36,204 nt of DNA from Malacoraja senta (GCA_038087875.1 JAXLNO010000372.1:1-36204), one strand, 5' to 3'. Positions 23,191 to 35,086 are shown, counted from the first letter of the stretch. Numbers and translations are program-made. The notes: generated from the letters alone by a model not told the origin.

Positions 23191-23861
23191 CTAAGGACGC
23201 AGTTTATTTCAGGCCTGACAGCCTTAGCAGCGAGTGAAAGGGAATCAGGCTCGAGCCGAGTGGCCATTTTGAATGGTGCTGGTATGAGATGGAGGTGATG
23301 CTGGTAGGTAAAACGGTGGTGTTCGGTGAAGACCAGGCTTCAGTGAGGAGAGCGAGCAGATACAAGGTGTTTAAGGTTTAAAATTCACTAGGTTTATTTT
23401 AAGTGTGCGTAAAGGGGGGCAGTTATGGCAGTCACTGAGTTAGTATGCTCCTGTCAGATGCAGGAACTTGGAACAGCTATGAGTTCCTGGTGACAATGTC
23501 TGGAGGAAGTGCATTTAGCTGCTGCTCCTCTTGCACTGTATGGATTGTGTGGCGTGGTAAATGGACACTGAGGAGCCGAAAGAGGTAAAGGATGGTGTAG
23601 AATGGAGTTTCAGTGAGTTTGACACATCAGACATTCAGCTGGATAGATGGTAATCACCAGGTAGGCAGGCAAGTAGTGCGGCAGTCTGCTGTGGTTATCT
23701 CCCTCTCAAACAAAGTACCATTTTGGATACGGTTGGGGGTGATGGCCTTTCAGGAGCAAATAGCAGCAGGTGCCAGTGGCACTATGTCTAGCTCTTTTGA
23801 AAAGCAGGGTAGGGCTCGGCTGAGCGTGTAATACTGATAGGAGACTCTATAGTCGCGAACG

Positions 23862-24242
23862 GGCTGGGAGATTGCAACCTTCACGTGGTCCGCCCTGTTT
23901 CAACGAATGCAATCAACCTGGCGTGCACAATCAAATCAGATCAAATAGAACAAGCTGTCCTGCAACTTTAGGCTGTGCACGCCACAGAGAGTTGTGAGTG
24001 TGGAATTCTCTGCCTCAGAGGGCGGTGGAGGCAGGTTCTCTGGATGCTTTCAAGAGAGAGCTAGATAGGGCTCTTAAAGATAGTGGAGTCAGGGGATATG
24101 GGGAGAAGGCAGGAACGGGGTACTGATTGAGGATGATCAGCCATGATCATATTGAATGGCGGCACTGGCTCGAAGAGCCGAATGGCCTACTCCTGCAACT
24201 ATTGTCTATTGTCCATTGTCTATTGCCGTGCGCAAGAAGAAG
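23862..24242 (+). mobile_element. Short (GAA)n-tailed retroposon (RTE-like 3' end) with 13-bp TSD, itself interrupted by a CR1 3' fragment (23985-24225)
   Basis: ATAGTCRCGAACG at 23849-23861 and 24243-24255; tail gcaagaagaag. Confidence 0.65.
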
Positions 24243-24451
24243 ATAGTCACGAACGCACACCGATGTTTCTGTGGCTGCGTGCAAGACTCCAGGATGGAGT
24301 GCTGCCTCTCTAATGCCAAGTGAAGGATGTCCCTGAGTAGGCACAGGATATTCTGTGAGGGGAACGTGAGCAGCCGGAGGTTGCCGTCTATCTTGGTACC
24401 AATTATATCGGCAGGAAGGGAGATGAGGTCCTGGAAAGAGAATTCAGGGAG

Positions 24452-24765
24452 TTTAGTTTAGTTTAGAGATACAGTGCAGAAACATGCCCTTCGACCCACC
24501 GAGTCCAAACCGACCAGTGACCCCGCACATTAACACTACCCTACACACACTAGGGATAATTTTACATTTATACATTTATACCAAGCCAATCAACCTACAA
24601 ACCTTAACGTCTTTGGAGTGTTGGAGGAAACCAGAGATCTCAGAGAAACCCCACGCAGGTTACAGGGAGAACGTACAAACTCCGTACAGACAGCACATGT
24701 AGTCAGGATCGAACCCTCGTCTCTGGCGCTGAAAGTGCCGTAAGGCAGCAACTCAACCGTGCTTC
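24452..24765 (-). mobile_element. HE1-like SINE
   Basis: Reverse complement of the SINE at 26896-27190; (tttag)n at 24452-24466. Confidence 0.85.
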
Positions 24766-24799
24766 CTTTGGGTAGTAGGTTTTTGTAAAAGAAAAGGAT

Positions 24800-25470
24800 C
24801 TCTTTGTAAAATTACTAGCTGTGGCACAAACTAATGAGACGTAAAGTAGAAGATTATGCAGTTCGAGTTTAGAAGTTGGGAGGTCATGTTGTATTTGTGT
24901 AAGACGTTGGTGAGACCGCATTTAGAGTATTGTGTTCAGTTCTGGGCACCATGTTATAGGAAAGATATTGTCAAGCTTGAAAGGGTTCAGAAAAGATTAA
25001 CGAGGATGTTGCCAGGACTAGAGGGTGTAAGCTATAGGGAGAGGTTGAGTAGGCTGGGTCTCGATTCCATGGGGCACAGGAGGATGAAGGGTGATCTTAT
25101 AGAGGTGTATAAAATCATGAGAGGGATAAACTGGGTAGATGCACAGTCTCATGCCCAGTGTAGGGGAATCGAGGACCAAGGGACATAGGTTCAAAGTGAA
25201 GGGGAAAAGATTTGGTAGGAATCTGAGGGGTAACTTTTTCACACAAAGGGTGGTGGGAGTACGGAACAAGCTGCCAGAAAAGGTAGTTGAGGCTGGGACT
25301 ATCCCAATGTTTAAGAAACAGTTAGACAGGTACATGGATAGAACATTTTCGGAGGGATATGGACCAAGCGCTGGCAAGTGGGCTCAGTGTAACTGGGACA
25401 TTGTTGGCCAGTGTGGGCAAGTTGGACTGAAGGGCCTGTTTCCACACTGTATCACTCTCTGACTATGACT
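24800..25470 (+). mobile_element. CR1 3' fragment
   Basis: LVRPHLEYCVQFWAP...GESRTKGHRFKVKG...FFTQRVV; tail ctctgactatgact. Confidence 0.9.
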
Positions 25471-26282
25471 CGAATTCATGGCTGAGGTGTTGGTGCAGGG
25501 GGGAGGGATACAGATATACAGATCATTGGGTTCCATTGCAGGGTAGGTGGGATCTGAACAAGAGGGATGGGTTGCACCTCAACTGAAATGGAACAGGTAT
25601 CCCTGCAGGGAGGTTCAGTAATGCTACTCTGGGGGGTTTAAACTTGAGTGGCAGGGGGTGAGAACCAGAGGAGCAGGTCAGGAAATGGAGGGATGGATTG
25701 GGAACTAGAGGTCAGACCAGTAAGTCTGAAGGAAAATTCAAGCAATGACAGGTTAATGAGAAGGGACGGATGCAGACAAATCACTTAGTTTAATGGCATC
25801 ATGTTTGGCACAGTCATTGTGGGCCGAAGGGCCTGTCCCTGTACTGTACTGTTCTATGTTCTACGTGTAATGAACCCAATGAGACTGATGGACAAGGAGT
25901 TTTTTGGACAAAGCAGATGAACTGAGGACCTGGGAATAAGTGCATGGAAATATGATCTTGTGGCCATTACAGAGACTTGGTAGCGAGAGGGATAGGATTG
26001 GCAGCTTGGCATTCGAGGGTTTGATGTTTCAGACGTGATAGAGAGGGAGGTGAAAGAAGTGGAGTCGCAGTACTAATCACGGAGAATGCCACAGCCGCAC
26101 TGAGAGAGGACAAACTGGGGAGACCATCCAGGGAGGCTATAGGGGTAGAGCTGAAAAGTGCAGTCATACTGATGGGATTATACTACAGGCCTCCCAATAG
26201 CTAGCAGGAGGAAGATGAATGTAGATGGATCATGGAAAAATGCAAAAGCAACATAGTTGCTCTGGTGGGTGACTTCAACTTC

Positions 26283-26625
26283 CCAAAGAAGGCTGTGGAG
26301 GCAAAGTCAGTGGATGTATTTAAATCAGAGATAGATAGATTCTTGTGTTAAAGGAGGAACTGCAGATGCTGGAAAATCGATAGATAGATAGATTCTTGAT
26401 TAGCACAGGTGTCTAGCGGTTATGGGGAGAAGGCAGGAGAATGGGGTTCGGAGGGAGAGATAGATCAGCCATGATTCAATGCCGGAGTAGACAGTCATAG
26501 AGTGATACAGTGTGGAAACAGGCCTTTCAGCCCAAATTGCCCACACCAGCCAACATGTCCAAGCTACACTAGTCCCACCTGCCTGCGCTTGGTCGATATC
26601 CCTCCAAACTTGTCCTATCTACTTG
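26283..26625. mobile_element. Cluster of short CR1 3' ends (+ 26283-26490, - 26492-26620) with a small Penelope-repeat insert (26350-26380)
   Basis: Matches the CR1 3' UTRs at 34625-34735 and 25350-25470; 'gatagatagattcttg' is duplicated around the insert. Confidence 0.65.
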
Positions 26626-26895
26626 ATTGGCCAAATGGCCTAATTCTAATCATACGACTTATGATCTTATAAATATTGACTAGGACTTGCTCAGTGCAAA
26701 AGGCTTAAATTGGGCAGCATTTAATATGTGCATGCAGGAGGGGTTTTGGAAACAGTATGTGGATAGTCCAACTGGAGGAGGGACTACACTGGATCTTGTA
26801 CTGTGAAGCAGGCCTGGTCAGGTGACTGTGTCTCAGTGCAAGAGTATTTTGGGAAGAGTGATTACAACCGCGTCGGTTCTCAAATAGTTATGAAC

Positions 26896-27190
26896 GGGCG
26901 GCACGGTGGTGCAGGCTACTGCCTTACAGCACCAGAGACCCGGGTTCGATCCTGACTACGGATGCTTGTCTGTGTGGAGTTTATACATTCTCCCTGTGAC
27001 CTGCGTGGGGTTTTCTGAGATCAGTGCAAAGACGTACAGGTCTGGAGGTTAATTGGCAAGGTATAATTGTATAAATGCAAAATTGTCCCTCGTGTGTGCA
27101 GGATAGTGTTAATGTGCGGGGATCGCTGGTTGGTGCGGACTCGGTGGGCCGAAGGGCCTGTTTCCGCGCTGTATCTCTAAACTAAACTAA
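26896..27190 (+). mobile_element. HE1-like SINE
   Basis: gggcggcacggtgg head, B box gggttcgatcc, V-domain-like core, (ctaaa)n tail. Confidence 0.87.
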
Positions 27191-27462
27191 AGGATAAGTC
27201 TGGATAAGTAGGTGATGAATGTGGTTGCTGATGGTTAGGCAATGGATGTTGGGTTTCAGTAAGGTATTTGTCAAGGTCCTCGTGGTAGATTGATCCAGAA
27301 GATTGTGATGCATGGGATCCACACTGACTTGCTGGTTTGGTCTCAAAACTGGCACACTCATAGAAGACATTAGTTATGGTGGAATGGGTAACATTCTGGC
27401 TGGTTGGCTGTAGCCAGTGCTGGGATTACTTGGATGGAAATGACGATGGGTTGGTGAGTAAG

Positions 27463-27735
27463 TCTGGGGGGGTGTAGGGTGGGGATGAGAAAAGTGGGGG
27501 ATGGGGGCGGGAGGAGCGGGGGTGGGGGATGGGGCAGGAGGAGTGGAGGATGGGGTGGGAATTTGGGATGGGTTCGAGTGGAGTGTGGGAGGGGGAAGAG
27601 AGGGTGAGGTAGGAGAAAGGAGTGGGGAATGGGGGTAGGGGGGATTGGAGATGGGGAGAGAAGTAGGGGAAGATGGCGGGTGGATTGGGGGATGGGGAGA
27701 GTGGGGGTTTGGGGAGAGGACTGGGGTGGGGACGA
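27463..27735 (+). repeat. G-rich low-complexity tract
   Basis: Many G3-G7 runs with short spacers. Confidence 0.9.
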
Positions 27736-27739
27736 GAAA

Positions 27740-28610
27740 TTTAATTTGATTTGAATTGAATTGAATTGAATACATTTTATTAGCCAAGTTTGTATATATA
27801 CAATGAATCTGCCTTGGTGCTTTGCTCGCAGAATACCGACACAATATACAGTAGACAATTAAAAATAGAACATTATAACTTAAACATGTGAAGAATGAAA
27901 TAAAATACCGGAGCAAAAGAAGGCACCAGACTTTTGGCTGTTGGTCATGGTCATGGAAAAAAAGCTGTTTTTATGTCTGGCTGTGACAGCTTTGACAATC
28001 CGGAATCACCTTCCAGAGGGAAGTGATTCAAAGAGTTAGTGACCAGGGTGAGAGCGGTCAGAGATGATCTTGCCCGCTCGCTTCCTGGCCCTTGCAGTGT
28101 ACAGTTCATCAATGGGGGGAAGGTTGCAGCCAATAACCTTCTCAGCTGATCGGACGATTCGCTGCAGCCTCCGGATGTCGTGCTTGGTGGTTGAGCCAAA
28201 CCAGACCATGCAGGAGAAGGTGCGGGCAGACTCTACGATGGCCGTATAGAATTGGACCATCATTGCCTGTGGCAGATTGTGTTTCCTCAGCTGCCACAGG
28301 AAGTACATCCTCTGTTATGCCTTTTTGACTGTGGAGTCGATGGTGGTCCTCCATTTAATGTCCTTGGAGATGATGGTTCCAAGGAACTTAAATGTCCCCT
28401 CCGGACCCTCTCACAGATGTGACGATGGAGTTATTGATCTTTTGAAGAAGGGTCACGACCGAAACCTCACCTATTCCTTCGCTCCATAGTTGCTGCCTCA
28501 CCCGCTGAGTTTCTCCAGCATTTTGTCTACCTGTGGTGTTGTTGATGGTGAGTGGGGGGAGTGAAGAGGGAGCTCTCCTAAAGTCTACTATCAATTCCAC
28601 TGTCTTAATA
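27740..28610 (-). mobile_element. Rex1/Babar LINE 3' fragment with a Penelope-repeat insert at ~28441-28530
   Basis: KTVELIVDFRR...FKFLGTIIS...QRMYFLWQLRK...FYTAIVES...LQRIVRSAEKVIG...LPSGRR...HKNSFFP; (ATTCA)n tail. Confidence 0.88.
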
Positions 28611-28611
28611 T

Positions 28612-29390
28612 AGAGGGTGTGGGGAGAGGGGTGGGGAATGGGGAGGGGAGTGGGGGATGGGGGAGAGGCCTGGGGATGGGAGTGGGGGCTGGGGAGGGTA
28701 GTGGGGGTGAGGAGAGGAGTGGGGGATGGGGGAGAGGAGTGCGGGATGGGGGAGAGGAGTAGGGGGTGAGGAGAGGAGTGGGGGATGGGAAGAGGAGTGG
28801 GGAATGGGAAGAGGAGTGGGGAATGGGGAGAGCAGTGGGGGATGGAGGAGTGGGGAATGGGGAGAGCAGTGGGGAATGGGGAGAGCAGTGGGGGATGGGG
28901 GAGGGGAGTGGGGGATGGGGGAGGGGAGTGGGGGATGGTGCAGATGGCTGGGAGTGGGGGTGAGAGGAGTGGTTTGTGGGGAGAGGAGTAGGAGATGGGG
29001 AGAGGAGTGGGGGTGGGGAGAGGGCTAGGGGTGGGGGTGGGGGTGAGATGAGTGTGGGGGGGGAGAGGAGAGGGTGAGGAGGGAGAATAAGGGTGGCAGG
29101 GGCTGAGGTAAGAGTTAGAGTGGGGGAGAGGTTTGTGTGCATGGACTGAGATGGTGGGGCCTTGACAGTCAGAGTAGCGGGGTGAGTAGAGTAGGGGGAA
29201 CAGTGGGGAGCTGCTTTCAGGGGGAGTGAAGGGGAGGAGTAGAAAAGTGTGTAGTTGAGGGGGGAGCTGAGGCATGTGAGGATGCTGTAAGATGGTCGGG
29301 GAATGAGGGTGATGTGAGGGTGGCGAGCGGTGAGGTTAGATGAGTGTAGGGTGAGGGAGTCAGGCTGGGCTTGGTCATAAGTGATAGGAG
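28612..29390 (+). repeat. G-rich degenerate minisatellite (~19-20 bp, ggggRatgggggagagSagt)
   Basis: Repeated units 28620-28940 decaying into G-rich sequence. Confidence 0.9.
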
Positions 29391-29404
29391 CAGTAGTCAA
29401 GTTT

Positions 29405-29970
29405 ATTCCACCAATCGATCATGGCTGATCTATCTCCCCTCCTAACCTCATTCTCCTGCCTTCTCCCCGTAACCCCTGACACCCGTACTACTCAAGAATC
29501 TATCTATCTGCCTGAAAAATATCCATTGGCTTGGTCTCCACAGCCTTCTGTGGCAATGAATTCCACAGATTCACCACCCTCTGACTAAATTCCTCCTCAT
29601 CTTCTTCCTCAAGAAACATCCTTTAATTCTGAGGCTATGACCTCTAGTCCTAGAGGTGGAAACATCCTCTCCACATCCACTCTATCCAGGCCTTTCACTA
29701 TTCTGTACGTTTCAATGAGATCCCCCCTCATTCTTCTAAACTCCAGCGAGTACAGGCCCAGTGCCGTCAAACGCTCATCATATGTTAACCTACTCATTCC
29801 TGGGTTCATTCTTGTAAACCTCCTCTGGACCCTCTCCAGAGCCGGCACACCCTTCCTCATGGTGCCCACAATTGCTCACAATACCCCAAATGCGTCCTGA
29901 CCAGCGCCTTATAGAGCCTCAGCATTACATCCCAGTTTTTGTATTCTAGCCCTCTTGAAATAAATGCTAG
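29405..29970 (-). mobile_element. CR1 3' fragment
   Basis: LAFISRGLEYKN...LERVQRRFTRM...LGLYSLEFRRMRGDLIETY. Confidence 0.88.
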
Positions 29971-30204
29971 TTGATGGCTGAGGGAGGGGTGAGGTGAGGG
30001 TGGTGTGTGATGGCTGGGGAGTGAGGGTGGGGGAGTGAGGGGTGAGGTGAATAGCGTTAGAGGGCCAGGGGAATGTTCTTCCCGAACCCGAGTCACAGTT
30101 TTTTGTTGCACTGTTGTGTGGAATGCGTCTGCCAGGTGCCATACAGCTGTCCAAGTGCATCAGGCCTGCCTGCTTATGCATCGCTAATCCTGAGTTTGGC
30201 TGAA

Positions 30205-30530
30205 GAGAGACACAAAAAGCTGGAGTAACTCAGCGGGACAGGCAGCACCTCTGGTGAGAAGGAATGGCTGACGGTTCAGGTCGAGACCCTTCAGACTGAG
30301 AGTCGGGGAAAGGGAAATTAGAGATATAGACGGTGATGTAGTGAGATACAGAACAAATGAATTTTCATTTGGTTGACGTTTCGGTCGAGACCTTTCAGTC
30401 TGAAGAAGGGTCTGGACCCGAAACGTTACACGTTCCTTCTCTCCAGAGGTGCTTCCGACTTGAAACGTCACCTATCCATGTTCCCCTGGGATATTCTCTG
30501 ACCCGCTGAGTTACTCCAGCACTGTGTCTT
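30205..30530. mobile_element. Cluster of Penelope-like terminal repeats in both orientations
   Basis: Minus copies 30205-30360 and 30374-30395; plus copies 30396-30452 and 30461-30528. Confidence 0.85.
30396..30430 (+). ncRNA. Minimal type I hammerhead ribozyme motif
   Basis: cagt-CTGAAGA-a-gggtc-tg-gaccc-GAAA-cGTT-ac; core boxes intact, GUU triplet. Confidence 0.55.
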
Positions 30531-30753
30531 TTAATTGTTTTCAGCTCAAGGTTTATAGAGTCGCTGAAAATATACAGCACAAAATAACCACAACCAGCTC
30601 TGGTTCTTCCCTCAGGAAGGGAATAATATAGACAAATATAGAAAGTTGTTGTACAAAGAACAAAGTCCTTAAACTCGTCCACTCATCAGACTAAATACTA
30701 TTGATGCAGTTGTAACAGCAGAAGTTGCCATTCCATGTTGTATCTGCAGGAGA

Positions 30754-30771
30754 CAGCGCCCCCCTGTGGCA
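30754..30771 (-). promoter_or_regulatory. Candidate CTCF binding motif
   Basis: Minus strand TGCCACAGGGGGGCGCTG, 12/14 match to CCASYAGRKGGCRS, in non-repeat-looking sequence. Confidence 0.4.
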
Positions 30772-30827
30772 GCTTCGGTGGACGTGGTCATCATCACATC
30801 AGAAGAACATTATAAAAGCAAGATAAT

Positions 30828-31781
30828 AAGATGGATACAAAAATATAGAGTAAAATGCCTGTCCCACTTTCACGACCTAATTCACGACCTCTGCCGAGTT
30901 TGCCCTTGACTCATACTCGCAGCATGGTCGTCACGAGGTCGTAGGAGGTCGTAGGTAGGCCGTAGCAGGCCGTGATGCTAGTCGTAGGTACTCGTGGCAT
31001 CAAGTAGGTCGGGGTGTTTTTTCTAGCCTGATGAAAAATGTCCACGAGTAAAAAAAGGTCGTGAATTAGGTCGTGGAAGTGGGACAGGCCTTTTACTCAG
31101 CAGGTCAGGCTGCGTCTCTGGAGAGAAAGAATGGGTGAAGTTTCTGGTCGAGACCCTTCCTCAGACTGAGAGTCAGGGAAAAGGGAAACGAGAGATATAG
31201 ACGGTGATGTAGAGAGAGATAAAACAGATGAATGAAAGATATGCAAGAAAGTGGCGATGTTAAAGGAAACAGGCCATTGTCAATTAGGGACTAGGTGAAA
31301 ACAAGTTACAGACAATGAGACTCAACACGACGGCTATAGTACGACTTGGGTGGGAGAGACACAAAATGCTGGAGTAACTTAGCGGGACAGGCAGCGTCTC
31401 TGGAGAGAAGGAATGGGTGACATTTCGGGTCAATACCCTTCTTCAGAGAAAGGAGGGATGCAAGGGCTACTTGAAGTTAGGGAAAATCAAATTCATACCT
31501 CGGGGCTGTAAGCTGCCCAAGTGAAATATGAGGTGCTGTTCCTCCAATTTGTGTTTGGCTTCACTCTGACAATGCAGGAGTCCAAGGATAGAAAGCTCAG
31601 TGTGTGAATGCGAAGGGGAGTTAAAGTGTTTGGCAACCAGGCGATCAGGTAGGTCCAGGCAGACTGAGAGAAGGTGATCACTGACACGATCGCCCAGTCT
31701 ACGTTTGGTCTCTTATACATCGGCGAGACCAATCATAGACTGGGTGATCATTTTGTTGAACACCTTTGCTCAGTCCGCCTG
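30828..31781 (-). mobile_element. Penelope-like 3' fragment with two terminal repeats and an inverted 5' segment (31712-31781)
   Basis: Terminal repeats 31095-31170 and 31357-31447; GIY-YIG C-terminus 31468-31711; a + strand LYIGET segment follows. Confidence 0.82.
30854..31092. mobile_element. PIF/Harbinger-type MITE C (239 bp), inserted in a Penelope terminal repeat
   Basis: ~37-bp TIR aaKgcctgtcccacttYcacgacctaattcacgacct; flanks TAA/TTA splitting the host 'gagtaactcagc'. Confidence 0.85.
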
Positions 31782-32034
31782 ATATTGTGGAACATGTCTG
31801 TGTTAAGAGGAGGAATCATTAAAGATATTGGCACACATTAAGGTGGATAAATGGCAAGAGCATGACTGGATCTTTTGTGAAACAAAGGAGGTGATTGCTG
31901 CTGCATCTCCATTGCCCACGTTGAGGTAACAGAAGATTGGAGGATAACTAATGTGATTAATCAAAACTAGCGGTAGGGATAAGCCTGGAAACTGCAGGGC
32001 AGTGAGTCTGACATCAGTCGTAGGTCTGCCATTA

Positions 32035-33228
32035 AAAACATAGAAACATAGAAAATAGGTGCAGGAGGAGGCCATTCGGCCCTTCGAGCCAGCACCGCCA
32101 TTCATTGTGAACATGGCTGATCGTCCCCTATCAGTAACCCGTGCCTGCCTTCTCCCCATATCCCTTGACTCCACTAGCCCCTAGAGCTCTTTCTAACTCT
32201 CTCTTAAATCAATCCAGTGACTTGGCCTCCACTGCCCTCTGTGGCAGGGAATTCCATAAATTCACAACTCTCTGGGTCTTAAATGGCCTCCCCTTTATTC
32301 TAAGACTGTGGCCCCTGGTTCTGGACTCTCCCAACATTGGGAACATTTTTCCCGCATCTAGCTTGTCCTGTCCTTTTATAATTTTATATGTTTCTATAAG
32401 ATTCCCCCTCATCCTTCTAAACTCCAGTGAGTACAAGCCTAGTCTTTTCAATCTTTCCTCATATGACAGTCTCGCCATCCCAGGGATCAATCTCGTGAAC
32501 CTACGCTGCACTGCCTCAATCACAAGGATGTCCTTCCTCAAATTCGGAGACCAAAACTGTACACAATACTCCAGATGTGGTCTCACCAGAGCCCTATACT
32601 ACTGCAGAAGAACCTCTTTACTCCAATACTGAAATCCTCTTGTTATGAAGGCCAACATTCCATTAGCTTTCTTCACTGCCTGCTGTACCTGTAAGCAGGC
32701 AGTGAAGGTCTCGCTGCTCCTCCCCCTTACCTAACCTAACCCCATTGAGATAATAATCTGCCCCCTTGTTTTTGACGCCAAAGTGGATAACCTCACATTT
32801 GTCTATATTATACTGCATCTGCCACGCATCTGCCCACTCACTCAACCTGTCTAGGTCATCCTGCAATCTCCTAACATCCTCTTTACAGTTCACACTGCCA
32901 CCCAGCTTTGTGTCATCCGCAAACTTGCTAGTGTTGCTCCTAATTCCCTCTTCCAAATCATTAATATATATGGTAAACAGTTGCGGCCCCAACACCGAGC
33001 CTTGCGGCACTCCACTCGCCACTGCCTGCCATTCTGAAAAGGACCCGTTCATTCCTATTCTTTGCTTCCGGTCTGCCAACCAATTTTCTATCCATGTCAA
33101 CACCCTACCCCAAATACCATGTGCTCTAATTTTAGTCACCAGTCTCCCGTGCGGGACCTTATCAAAGGCTTTCTGAAAGTCTAGATACACTACATCCACT
33201 GGCACCCCTTCATCCATTTTACTTGAAG
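32035..33228 (-). mobile_element. CR1 RT/3' fragment
   Basis: ORFs 32663-33256 (YLDFQKAFDKV, GVPQGSVLGP, FADD) and 32209-32586; tail seen as (acatagaa)n on the + strand. Confidence 0.93.
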
Positions 33229-33695
33229 AATTCTGAGCTAAAATAATTATGTTCACTTAGACTGAATAGGGTGAGTCAGCATGGTTTTGCATAGGAGAGA
33301 TCATGTCTCACATGTCTCACATGTCTGATCTAGTTCTTTGAGGTGGTAAATGAGAAATGCGATGAAGGTAACTATGGTTCTCCAGATTTATCTCTCTCTC
33401 CTAACCCCTGGTTGTCCAGAAGGCGAGAGCTCAAGGAATCCAAGTTATGTTGGCAACCTGGATCCCAAATCAGCATGGCGATAGGAGGTACTGGAAGTAT
33501 CTAACCAGTGGTGTACCGCAGGGTTCAGTGCTGGGTCAAATATATGAATGACTTGGATGGGAACATGGAATGATCAGTCTGTTTGCTGATGGCTTAAAGC
33601 TAATGGTCATCGGTGGTGGGAAAGAATTTCTAAGGATAAAGAAGAGCATAGATCAACTGAAAATTGGGGTGGAGGTATGGCAGATGGAGCTTAAT

Positions 33696-34565
33696 CATAG
33701 AAACATAGAAAAATAGGTGCAGGAGTAGGCCATTCGGCCCTTCAAGCCAGCACTGCCACTCAATATGATCATGGCTGATCATCCAGAATTAGTATCCCGC
33801 TCCTGCCTTTTCCCCATATCCCTTGATTCCTTTAAAGGCCTGTCTCACGAGTCTGCGGTCATTGGCGGCGAAACGGGAAGAATCTGCCGCCATAGACCGC
33901 GCACTCGTGAGAACGTACAATTCCGGGGCCGTGCGGCGGTGTTCCCAACACCGCACGGTGCTAAAATAAAACCGACAATGTTGAAAACAATAATCTTACC
34001 GCACAACCTCCACCAGTGATGCACGAGTGCGGCACGGCCGCCCGCACGGGCCGCCGCCAGTGTGGCTCGAGCGCCGTGCGTCAAACCTCCACTGCCACAG
34101 CCTCCGCCAGTGAGGCACGTGCCTCCGCCAGTGAGGCACGTGTGCGGCACGGCCGCAGGCACAGCCACCGCTACAGCGCCGCGATCAGGACGGCCGCCGC
34201 CACAGCCGCCGCTAGTGAGTCACGTGCGGCGGGCCAACGTCATCGCAGTCGGCCCGCCCTTTTTTTTACTTACCGCAAGCACGTGGGACCCGCCGTGTTT
34301 GAATTACTCGGCCCCCGCGCAGCATCCGTGCGGCGCTCCAGTGGATAGGCTCGCCGCTCTCGCCGTTGCCGTGCGGTCCCCGCTACCGGCGACGCCGCGC
34401 TTCACAATTCTCTCTTGAAAACATCCACCAAATTGTCCTCCACTGCCTTCTGTGGCAGAGAATTCCACAGATTCACAACTCTCTGGGTGAAAAAGTTTTT
34501 CCTCGTCTCAGTCCTAAATGGCCGACCCCTTATTCTTAAACTGTGACCCCTGGTTCTGGACATCC
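33696..34565 (-). mobile_element. CR1 3' fragment split by MITE D (33696-33834, ~34405-34565)
   Basis: Both halves match 6200-6510. Confidence 0.8.
33835..34404. mobile_element. GC-rich Harbinger-type MITE D, right TIR missing
   Basis: TTA followed by aaggcctgtctcac (same terminal motif as MITEs A-C); internal aatgttgaaaa motif; 21-bp tandem duplication near 34100-34143. Confidence 0.6.
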
Positions 34566-35086
34566 TGACATGTCTGACGTGATGCAATTTGGGAGGTGAA
34601 ATATAACAGGAGAGTATGCAGTAAATGGCAGGGAGAAGGCAGGAGAATGCGGTTAGGAGAGAGAGATAAATCAGCCATGGTTGAATGGTGGAGTAGACTT
34701 GATGGGCCGAATGGCCTATTTCTGCTCCCATCACTTATAACATGACCTTATGATTTAGGGTCCATGTCAATAGCTCCATGAAGGTAGCAACAGAAATGAT
34801 AAAATGACAAAGAATGTGTGCAGCATAATTGTCTTCATCATTTGGGGCATTGAGTATAAAAGTCGGGAAGTCATGGTACAGCTGTCTAGGACATTGGTAA
34901 GGCCACATTTGGAGTGTTATGTACAGGTCACCACAGCATTATGGGAATGATGAGAATGCTTTGGCAAAGGTGCAGAAGAGATTTACCAGGGAGTTAAAAA
35001 AAAAAAAACTGCTGGAGAAACTCAGAGGGCCAGGCAGCATCTGTGGAGGCAGTCGAGGTTTTGGATTGAGACCTTGCTCCAGACTT

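Larger units (their letters stand above)
23195..27440 (+). mobile_element. Old CR1 (5' UTR, ORF1 zinc finger + esterase, partial ORF2) fragmented by younger insertions
   Basis: ATG ~23425 with a Cys-finger remnant, VILIGDSIV (23827-23854), LGTN (~24392), DGLHLN (~25566), AITETW (~25962), VGDFNFP (~26265), LDLVL (~26789) and an RT remnant to ~27430. Confidence 0.8.

Noticed and set aside
27370..29400. Pro-rich and Gly/Trp-rich ORFs
   Set aside because: Artefacts of G-rich low-complexity tracts.
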